Both the position numbers and the translations under genes were made by a program. A stretch of 64,000 bases of DNA from contig CM119268.1 of the NCBI GenBank assembly GCA_051294375.1, positions 4,503,162 to 4,567,161 on the forward strand, read 5' to 3'. Below are positions 53,801 through 64,000 of this stretch, in pieces. The number at the start of each line of letters is the position of its first letter. Positions within the stretch are counted from its first letter, which is position 1. A model generated the notes under the pieces. The model ran no database searches, was not told the DNA's origin, and worked only from the letters and a program-made list of their open reading frames with translations. Source of the stretch: Paraspadella gotoi. Lineage: Eukaryota; Animalia; Chaetognatha.

Positions 53801-55502
53801 NNNNNNNNNNNNNNNNNNNNNNNNNNNNNNNNNNNNNNNNNNNNNNNNNNNNNNNNNNNNNNNNNNNNNNNNNNNNNNNNNNNNNNNNNNNNNNNNNNNN
53901 NNNNNNNNNNNNNNNNNNNNNNNNNNNNNNNNNNNNNNNNNNNNNTTCATAGTTCATTGGGTTAAATGCTTTGTTACTACAAATTAATTCGGAACACTTT
54001 TTTTAAAATAATACAATTATAAAGATAAAAAAAANNNNNNNNNNNNNNNNNNNNNNNNNNNNNNNNNNNNNNNNNNNNNNNNNNNNNNNNNNNNNNNNNN
54101 NNNNNNNNNNNNNNNNNNNNNNNNNNNNNNNNNNNNNNNNNNNNNNNNNNNNNNNNNNNNNNNNNNNNNNNNNNNNNNNNNNNNNNNNNNNNNNNNNNNN
54201 NNNNNNNNNNNNNNNNNNNNNNNNNNNNNNNNNNNNNNNNNNNNNNNNNNNNNCAATGCAATAAAAATATGCAAATTGCATAATTGCTCAAAATTTTATT
54301 TCGTCGAAAAACAAAAAGAATAAAATTGAAGGTCGAAAAACAATTTTTTTTTAATCAGAGACGAGGCATCGCTTTCGAATCCTCGCCCACGTTAACGATC
54401 CTCAGCCATCAGAAATTCACGCAAAACGAGAAATACATAGTGGCTGCGCCAATACAGTAAACTCGCTTTCAGGCTTAAACTGAACCTATTACTGGCCAGA
54501 ACAAATAATCATTTTGCTTCACTTGAAAAATCTAATAAATCAAAAACTATATTATTTTGTTTCGATATATGACTATTATATGATTTAAAAACTGCTTGAT
54601 CAACGACATAAAATGAACGAACATCAGCAATAAAATACCCAAACTAGAAATAATAAAAAAATATTTATCTAAAAAATCTGTTAAAAATTAATTTAAAAAA
54701 AAATTAAGCATAAATGAAAATCTAACAAAAACAAATTGCTATTTTGGTGTAATCAGCCAGCGTGCACATTGAATATCTAAATATTAGACAATCTTTTTAC
54801 CAAGTATCCATTCAAAACTGATGAAGTAAAAGCCAATCAAAAAAACTTAAATGTGATAGATCACAACCCACCGAGTGACCCAAAAGTGATTATTAAGTTG
54901 GCTTTGCGAGTCACTCGCCGGCGCCAAACTAAAATTTAAATAAGGAAATAAACGGAAAAAGGAAGAAATAAAAGATTCCTTATTTCTTCATCTTTCCATT
55001 TATCCTAATATCTTTCAAAAACATATTTACAATTTTCTTTATTCTATTTTCCTTTTCCAGTATCAAAACGGGGATAGACCGACCGTCCGGGTCCATTACC
55101 CTCTCCTTCTCATTTCACCCTATTTCTCACTTCTCATGTCTTGCATCAAATGACCTTCTTCACATCGCGTATATCATATATTAAACAAAATATATTGTTT
55201 TGATTATTAGATAAAAAACTATGCCGTCGCTGTTAACAGAACAATTCTGGGGGCGTAACACTAAGCATTCGACCGTCATTAATGATTTGATGCCTTCGAC
55301 TTCGAAGCAGGAAACGATGAAAATGACGGACGATGACGACGACAACGACGAAGACGATAAAATTAGAAAACTGCTGACGACGACGACCAACGACGACGAC
55401 GACGACGACGATGAACGAACACCGCAAACTCCAAAACCAACATCCAACATCCATCACGAACCGTAGTTCAATTGCTTCGGACTGCTCGCGACGCTCATCA
55501 TT

Positions 55503-55539
<37 letters not shown>

Positions 55540-55689
55540 AGAGAGAGAGTAGAAGAGAGAGAGAGAGAGAGAGAGAAACCACGTGTATCTTACTCCGCCT
55601 CCTACTTCCGCCTGGCCCGGTTTTCCAAATCCGCAGAGAAAAGTGCAACCCAATAATTTAATCCGCTTTCTGCCTCACTTGACTGCGGA

Positions 55690-55759
<70 letters not shown>

Positions 55760-57726
55760 AGAGAGAGACTAGCCAAGATGGAAAGGAAGAGGGAGGGAGA
55801 CGAAAATGCAGAGGAAGAAAACGAATGAGAAAGAGAAAACTGGAAAAAAGGAGAATTTTTCGACAATTGTGGGACTGTGATTCCAATTTTAACATTATTA
55901 TTTTCATCACAATCATGACTAGCATCTAACGTTAACCGGGGTGGGAACCGTATATCCGAGGATCAAAATTTTTAAAAAATCATTACCTTTAAAACTCTTT
56001 ATGATTTTAAAAATCTGAAAGTAAATGTTTGGTTTATAAATATCTCCTCTTAGCTTTTAGACGATCGTATTAATCTTTTTAAAATTCTTAATATATTGCT
56101 TTTTTGATCAGCCAAATAATACTTATTGTTTATATCTTCATTCTAAGACATGAATAATATATTACTAAAATATTTTTGATAATGTCTTTCTAAATGGCTT
56201 TTAAAGTTTTATAGAAGTATCAAGAAAGAACCGAATAGGTTTCCCCATCATGCACTCGTTTCCTCATTCATCTTCTCCTCATTCCTCCTCGGCCCTCCTC
56301 CCGGAGATCAGGCTCGAGTCCATGGGTTTAGGTTTTCATTCCCACGCTTTTTCCTTCTCTTTCTCTCTCGACCGTCCTCGTCCCGGTTCAGTCTCTGTTA
56401 CCAGATTTTTTACGCCAATTTAGCCGCTTACATTATATTTTCCTTTTCCCAACCATGTTTTCTCCGCGTCTTGACTTAGCCTAGATTTCAGTCAGACTTA
56501 ACCCGACCTTAGATGTTAGAGTGGGGCCCAATTGGGGCTCGAACCCACAGACCCTTGCCTTTAGTCCCAGCACCACATGTGGGCCGCCATCTAACTTAAG
56601 GTCGGGTAAGGTCTGACCTGAAAATCTAGGTAAGTAAAGACACGGGAGGAAATGGTGGAAAGCGAAAATATAATGAAGCGGCTAAATCTCCTTTATATCT
56701 CTTTTAATTAAGGTCTTTTTATGAAATATTCAACTAATATCTTTTATAAGGATTAATAAGAATATTTATACATGGTTTTTATGCATTTTATTTATGATTC
56801 ACATTTTTTTTTAAATTTAAAGTTATTAATACAATCGGGCCTCTTTCTTTTTTTCCTCCTTAATATCTTCGCCGTGCACGAGGAAAGGGAAAGCGCAAAT
56901 AACTCTCCTCCATAAAAAGGTGAGTTTGTAAAGGCGCTAAACGCCGGATGTAATCGACTTGAAAATTAGGCGGAGGATGTTTAATTGCAGGTCAATGGGT
57001 GACTGGAGAAGGGCACCTGGGGAAAGGGAGAGAGAGAGAGAGAGAGAGAGAAGGAGGAGAGAGAGAGAGAGAGAGAGAGGAGAATGATGAGAGAGAGAGA
57101 GAGAAGAGAGAGAGAGAAGAGAGAGAAAGAGGAGACGAAAGAGAGAGAGGGAGAGAGAGAAGAGAGAGCAGAAGAGAGAGAAGATGCGATAGAGAGAGGA
57201 GAAGCGATGAGAGAAGAGACAGAGATAGGAAGTAGCAGAAGAAAAACCGGTTAATCAAGGCGCCGGCCGGAATCTGGAGCGATTGAAAGCAGTTTTTGAG
57301 GGCTCAGGTGGAAAATAAGGAAAGGAAGGAAGCTTCGTCCGTCGTCGTCTTCCGTCGTTGTCGTGTGTTCGTCTGTCGTTCAGTGTCGCCGTCCCTGTTT
57401 TCCTAGAACTGATTTAGCGCTTGTTCCGATCAGTTGTTCAGATGAAAAAGGTGGGAAATTGGTCGCAGCTGCCTTCATAGTTCAATTGGTTAACATGCTT
57501 TGTTACTACAAATTAATTCTCGGAAACACTTTTTTTTAAAAATAATACAAGTTATACAAGATAAAAAAAAAATACATATAAGCGAAAAATATTAAAAAGT
57601 AAAATCTGACAACTTTACAGGTTTTGCTTTTAAATAAGATAGGGACAAAAAATCAGTCTAACAATTCGGGACACGGGGCGGGAAATCCGGCCACAGAGGT
57701 CTTTTTATTACTGCGTCTGTATGGGT

Positions 57727-57774
<48 letters not shown>

Positions 57775-57930
57775 TCTTCTCTCTCTCTCTCTCTCTCGCT
57801 CTCCTCTCTCTCTCCTCCCTTCCAATGCAACTTAACAAATATGCAAATTGCCATAATGCTCAAAATTTATTTGCGTCGAGAAAAACAAAAAGAGAATAAA
57901 ATTGAGGTCGAAAAACAATTTTTTTTTTAA
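50859..57930. repeat. Tandem duplication: gapped scaffold copy (~50859-54354) followed by an ungapped, error-rich copy (~54370-57930)
   Basis: Colinear anchors: gttaacgatcctcagccatc, acaacccaccgagtgaccc, ggggatagaccgac, ttcatagttca. The second copy fills the first copy's N gaps and has many 1-nt insertions typical of raw long reads. Confidence 0.9.
56221..56687. mobile_element. ~470-nt insertion containing a ~270-nt fold-back (MITE-like) palindrome
   Basis: Absent at the equivalent site of the other copy (~53130, tatagaatatc|tctttatatc). Arms ~56418-56535 and ~56573-56687 are inverted repeats (atttagccgct...agcggctaaat). Confidence 0.6.
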
Positions 57931-58917
57931 AAAGAAAAAAAATTTTCGTCGTTTCTGTCAATCAGTCGTCTTTTTTTCTTTTTTCCTTTTTTTTGTTAGT
58001 TGTTTTTTTTTCGTTACGTCTCTTGTTATTTTCCCCTTATTTTTTGGTTTTTAGTTGACAGGAAAGTCATTGTTTTTTTTTTTTTTTAGCAAACTTCACA
58101 NNNNNNNNNNNNNNNNNNNNNNNNNTTTTTTTTTTTTACAAAAATTCACTCTGACAATATTGCGCCCAATAAGGTGTGGATATTCCTGGTTTATTTTAGC
58201 CTTAGATAAGAACATTGCTTGAGCAATGAGCAATGAGCAGTGCTTAATCTCAACTTATTTCAATACCAAATAACCTTTTCTTTATGAAAATAAATCGATG
58301 ACTAATTTCAAACTTCGTCTCTAATTTAATAACAAAGAAAGAAAGGTTTATAACACAATCCAAATACCAAAATATAAATTTAGATGATTAACTTTATAAA
58401 AAAAACTTTAAATTCAGAGTTTTGAGCTTTTAAAAAACAAAAGGTCAGGGTTCAATTCAGATAAATTAAATCGAGGTGATTTTGCAAAATATGGCCACAA
58501 ATTCGTGATGTGGGCATTTGGAGCGCTGGTCTTCCGGCTCGAATTTTTTTTTTTTTTTGACCAATAACCAGGCGGTCGCGAGATCAGGAGTTCTTGGAAC
58601 AGGCGGTTGACCTCGTTCTTCTATCAGGTACTAGACCTCGTTTCTGTTTCAGGCAGTTGACCTCGTTACTGCATCAGAATAGATTAAATTTTAATAAATG
58701 TTGGATGAAAAAAATTGCGTTTTGGCTTCTGGCATCTGCCAAGTTTTTGATGTCGACCGCTTCGCTAGTTGTCACAATTTTTCAATAATTTTATTTCTTG
58801 TTTTCTTTTTTTGTTTTGCTCTTTTGTTTTGTTTTGTTTTGAGTGTCGGGTTTTTTTTTCATTTGAAAAGAAAATATTTCGCTTGAAAAATTCACCGCGT
58901 GTGTGTACACTGTACAA

Positions 58918-58952
<35 letters not shown>

Positions 58953-61108
58953 TGAGAGTGAGAGAGAAACAATGAGTCGACATGATGGAAAAAAATTTTT
59001 TTCTCACCAAATTGAATTTTCCCTCGTTTACGTTTTTATTTGATTTTAACCTCGAGAAGCCGGGAGACGGGATTGTCGTTGTTGTTGTTGTCGTCGTCGT
59101 CGTCGTCGTCGTCGTCGAGTTTCTTCACAAGAAAAATGGAATTTGAAGGGATCGAACCCGAGTCCAATTCTTAACCATCAATATACACCGAATGGTCGGG
59201 TAGACATTTCCGTCAGTTTCTTTGTTTTCCGGAATTTCGGATCCGACGGAAAGCTTGCCACCGTGTGTTCAACCATCAGTATTTTGCAAGAAGCGTTTGT
59301 AACAGGGCTAGAACCTGCGATCATTGGGCTCAGGAGAAAAAGGGTTAGCCCAAGGCACGGTAGAGACTTAGAATTGAGCCAAATTTAAAGGGCGAATGAA
59401 AAATATTTTAAAATTTTTTTTTTAAATTAACTTCTCGGCGTTTTCTAATGCTAGCTAAATGTTTAATTCGGGTTACAAATTATTTTTCAGTCATAAAACA
59501 AATTTCTTAAATTTTCCTAAAAAAAGTATTTCGTCGACCTGACATCGACGTTGACTTATTCCGAATAACATTCGGCTTCTACCCGAAATCCTAGGGGGAA
59601 GAGAGAGTCACAGTTTCAAATACGTGACGTGACCCCACTGACCAGTCGATCACGTGATTTTTCTTGATCCTCGTAACTCACGAGATTTAAACGCCCGACG
59701 ATCCGTGCCTCTTTCAAACTCAAGATTCAAACGGCGCGTCGCCGAAACCAGATGCGCNNNNNNNNNNNNNNNNNNNNNNNNNNNNNNNNNNNNNNNNNNN
59801 NNNNNNNNNNNNNNNNNNNNNNNNNNNNNNNNNNNNNNNNNNNNNNNNNNNNNNNNNNNNNNNNNNNNNNNNNNNNNNNNNNNNNNNNNNNNNNNNNNNN
59901 NNNNNNNNNNNNNNNNNNNNNNNNNNNNNNNNNNNNNNNNNNNNNNNNNNNNNNNNNNNNNNNNNNNNNNNNNNNNNNNNNNNNNNNNNNNNNNNNNNNN
60001 NNNNNNNNNNNNNNNNNNNNNNNNNNNNNNNNNNNNNNNNNNNNNNNNNNNNNNNNNNNNNNNNNNNNNNNNNNNNNNNNNNNNNNNNNNNNNNNNNNNN
60101 NNNNNNNNNNNNNNNNNNNNNNNNNNNNNNNNNNNNNNNNNNNNNNNNNNNNNNNNNNNNNNNNNNNNNNNNNNNNNNNNNNNNNNNNNNNNNNNNNNNN
60201 NNNNNNNNNNNNNNNNNNNNNNNNNNNNNNNNNNNNNNNNNNNNNNNNNNNNNNNNNNNNNNNNNNNNNNNNNNNNNNNNNNNNNNNNNNNNNNNNNNNN
60301 NNNNNNNNNNNNNNNNNNNNNNNNNNNNNNNNNNNNNNNNNNNNNNNNNNNNNNNNNNNNNNNNNNNNNNNNNNNNNNNNNNNNNNNNNNNNNNNNNNNN
60401 NNNNNNNNNNNNNNNNNNNNNNNNNNNNNNNNNNNNNNNNNNNNNNNNNNNNNNNNNNNNNNNNNNNNNNNNNNNNNNNNNNNNNNNNNNNNNNNNNNNN
60501 NNNNNNNNNNNNNNNNNNNNNNNNNNNNNNNNNNNNNNNNNNNNNNNNNNNNNNNNNNNNNNNNNNNNNNNNNNNNNNNNNNNNNNNNNNNNNNNNNNNN
60601 NNNNNNNNNNNNNNNNNNNNNNNNNNNNNNNNNNNNNNNNNNNNNNCGACAACAACTGAATCAGAGAAAGTCCACTGGTAGTTGCTCGCTTCATCGTTGA
60701 CCTTGAATGCGAGTAAATGGGGAGAGGGGGAGAGAAAGAAAAAATTATTTATAATTTAATTTGACAATCGTGAAATTCATAAAGTTACAATAAGAGGCGC
60801 GTCCCCGCTCCCCCCGCTTCGGATCATCTTCGCTATCGTCATTCCCCCACTTATCCTTTTACAACCATTTCATCATATAATATATATAATATATAATATA
60901 TATAATATATAATCAAATTCCATTTTCCTGTTTTGGTCAGGCTGTGTAGCGTGTCCAATCCAAGCCACATATTTCTCCTTAAAGAGAAAAAAATATTTAT
61001 AGGTAGTTAAATTCTTTTTCATTCTTACTTCAAACTGTTTTAAAAATAATATATCCATTAAGTCGGAACGAGGAAAAAACTAAGAGTTCTTAACCCACCC
61101 TAACTTAC

Positions 61109-61224
61109 CTTTTTCCCGGAAATATCTTCTCGCCTCAAGCGATTCGCTGATTCTTTGGTGAAATCCCCGTCAAAGTCATTTCTCCCTAAATCAACAAAGT
61201 TAATGTGATCACTGATCAGCGTAA
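61109..61224 (-). other. Candidate isolated exon (116 nt), identity unknown
   Basis: cacacttacAG acceptor and AAG|GTAAGT donor, with open frame TLISDHINFVDLGRNDFDGDFTKESANRLRREDISGKK. No recognised homology. Confidence 0.25.
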
Positions 61225-64000
61225 CTGTAAGTGTGACAGTGATTGTTTTCACCACATCCTTTAACCCCTTACCTCTGCAAGCGACCATCACGAGGGACAT
61301 TCACAAAATCACGATAAGGAACTTCCCCATCTTCGTCGTTAAGAAAAATAACAAATAAAAAATTTTAAAAAAGACCGAAAAAAAAGAGTTGGCCTACGAA
61401 ATGGTAAAAGAAAAACGTGACAGTAAAAAGTTTCTGAGAAAAATTTTGTTTATTATGAAGATGTCTGAGGAGAGAATCCATCAGAGACTGAGCCGTTTTT
61501 ATTATCATTTGGCCAATGGCAATTATAGGAAGATAGTAAGGATAAAGTATAATAAAAATGACGAAGATAATAATGAAGCAGAACCCGACGATAAAATTAA
61601 AATCCATGGCAGAATAAATCAAATTAAAAAAAAATGGCATAAAATCCAGTAACCGTTGATATCCGGGTGCAAGCAGAGCAGGTTAAGTGCAAATAGCGGG
61701 TAATCAAACAGCTTTTAGGGTGCTCCGGTGTTCCAGCTCTGTTTTCGAACACGAAAACAAGATGACACCGAACTTGCTTCTCCCCTTTTTCGCAGTATGT
61801 ATCGTTATCCTTAACATTTTCAATCATTTAATTCCCCGGCATTTTTGAATAACGGTCACCCTTTCCCACTTGTGTGTTCTTTGCTCTCGCCTTCCGACTC
61901 TTATATAATTAATCCAACTTCGCACCACGTGACTGTCATTACTTTGTCCATCCATTCAATCCCTCTCAAAATGCATTCGAATCGGCACCCAACTGAGCTC
62001 GCGCTCAATCTCTCTTCTCGCTGCGTTCGAAATCGTCTCTTCTCTCTCTCTCGTCGTGCTCAGCATACTCCCTCTCTTCTCTCCTCTCCTCTTTCTTCCC
62101 TGCTCTCTCTCTTCTCTCCTCTTCTCTCCATCTCTTCTCTCTCCTTCATAGCACATTCGATTCAAGACTCTCTACTCTTTCTCCTTAGTTACAGGTCGGT
62201 TTTAATTTTTATATAATAAAAAACTTATTTCCCTCTGTGTTTTCCGTCTCTTGTTCACTGCGTTCCGTGGACTCGTATTAATATTATTAATGCACTTATG
62301 AGAGAGCTGCGCACATCAGATGCGTGATCCGGACCTTCTTTTAGTCTCTTTTTTAAATGAATAGGCTGTAGGCACACTAGCCAAATAAGCGCTTATTCAG
62401 AGTTTTATCTCTCTAAATCGCTTAACATTTTTTCCTCGGGGATCCGTTTGGGATCAAATCTTTGTTTCTGGTGATGAAACTGTCTACATCAATGTCTTGT
62501 GATTCAGCTATTTTTGTGTATATCTCGTCTTTTTTTTTAATAAACCTTACATATAATGAAAAAAAGAAGTAACGTGTACAGAGAACTCTAATATATCTTG
62601 TTATTACCTTACTCACATTCATTTGCTACCATCACAGCATACTCCACAACGTCATTGGCGTCAGCTTTACTCCTCACAAGTTTTGCAATCTACTTCGAGC
62701 TCTCTAGCTTTTCTTGCCGCGCGGTGCTCGTTCGTTTCCCTTCTGCCAACACGTTTACTCACAGTTACTCGATGCAGTTATTTCAACAACTATTTGCGCG
62801 CTAAATCACATCTTGACGTCTGCACGCTATATAGCTTCAAACCCCTGAACATTGCTACAAGTTTTCTTTTTTCGACAAATTACTTTCCCCCTTCTATACT
62901 TTTAACTCTCTCCTCCCTCCTAACTAGAACACGTGCAACTTACTTTCTAACTTTCGCTTATATTGCGAGTACTCTATTCCCTTTACTCTCTCTCTAGAAA
63001 TTGGCGTTAGGCTATATGTGAGACTATTGCTTATGCTATATACTTTGCATGTTTTGTATTTAGTGGAATTGGACATTGTGTGTGGGACGTCAATGTTGCT
63101 GTGTGGAAGCCTCTCCTGACCCTGTTGGTGGGACAGCCGGAATCGATTGTGCGGTGTGGGGCGGCGTGGGCTGTTCTCAACCACCAACTTTAGAACGTGA
63201 ATCATAGCTTGAGGGAGATCGAATCGTCCTCTCGATCACGCTTCAAAGAGTGGCTCGAGGTCATTTTTGAATGTTACAACCATGAGACTCCTCTCCCTAT
63301 ATTACTCTTGCAGAACCAGTTTCTGGCTCACGCATGGACAGCACGAGGCTGTCACAGGAAGTCTCCACCATCAAACAGTTATCGGCTCTCAGAAGGACAA
63401 TGCTTCGCAATAGCCATTTTAGCTCTCTCTCCTCTCTCAATCTCTCTCTTTTTCACCTTTCACCAATTTCAAACTTAGCCTATTTTCTTCTTTCCCCTTC
63501 CTCACCTTCAAGCTGTGTGCTTTTCTCCCAAACTGACACTGCCTCCTTTTTCTCTATATTCTTTTGTTTTCACCACTCTCATTTCTCCACTTATCTCTTT
63601 CTCTCTCTCTCTCTACTCCTACATTTTTCTTCCTCTATCATACTTCTCTCCCTCCACTCTTTCTCTTCTTTCACCAATCATATGGACATTGTGGTTTGTT
63701 AAAAAGTCGCTCAACCCCATTGTTTACCCCTCCACCACCCGTTCCCACCCATCTCATTTCTGCCACTGCACCGCACTTGCCGCTTTCTCCGAGAAACTTA
63801 AATTACTTTCTCTACCAGGTTACAGTGCGAATTAGTTCATTTCGCAGAAATGCTCTTCAATAGTGACTTCTTTTGCTTAATTCTGCCGCCTATAATTCTA
63901 TTATAATATAACAGCTCGTCTTTGGCAGTACACGACTCTCAAGGTTAAAACCTCAAACAGCGCGTTTGCGAGTACTTTTTAAATGTGAGACGAGAGCTCT

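Noticed and set aside
59140-59360. tRNA gene / SINE (two B-box-like motifs on the minus strand)
   Set aside because: No A box or cloverleaf can be built. At most it is a decayed SINE.
51615-60700. Long ORFs consisting mostly of X
   Set aside because: They are artefacts of translating N gaps.

Overview
This is invertebrate (metazoan) genomic DNA from a draft assembly, not prokaryotic. It is dominated by (CT/GA)n and (TCG/GAC)n microsatellites, minisatellites, N gaps and three indel-rich tandem duplications that look like long-read gap-fill or haplotype artefacts, so nearly all ORF-track entries are spurious. Manual splicing on the minus strand reveals the 5' part of an NMDA-type ionotropic glutamate receptor GluN1 (NR1/Nmdar1) gene. 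Exon 1 (38547-33234), exon 2 (16969-16877) and exon 3 (16552-16443) join in frame to give ...TFAI|GAVLSNETHFEILKQAVKNQANFVFSHTDLA|HHGRRGPKIVVEAYYIQMSRNPMVTALHVCEQLLPQQ, which matches the start of the GluN1 amino-terminal domain (ATD). The unusual part is exon 1. Instead of a ~20-aa signal peptide it is a 5.3-kb open frame (~1770 aa) with a 16-aa repeat array, an internal signal/anchor-like hydrophobic segment, and a ~570-aa charged spacer ending in a furin-type RSRR site just before the ATD. The window also holds a DINE-1/HINE-like (Helentron-associated) element family, a palindromic insertion with a tRNA-like loop present in only one of two duplicate copies, and an E-box/YY1-rich promoter-like patch. 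Exon 4 onward was not found and probably lies beyond position 1 or in a gap.
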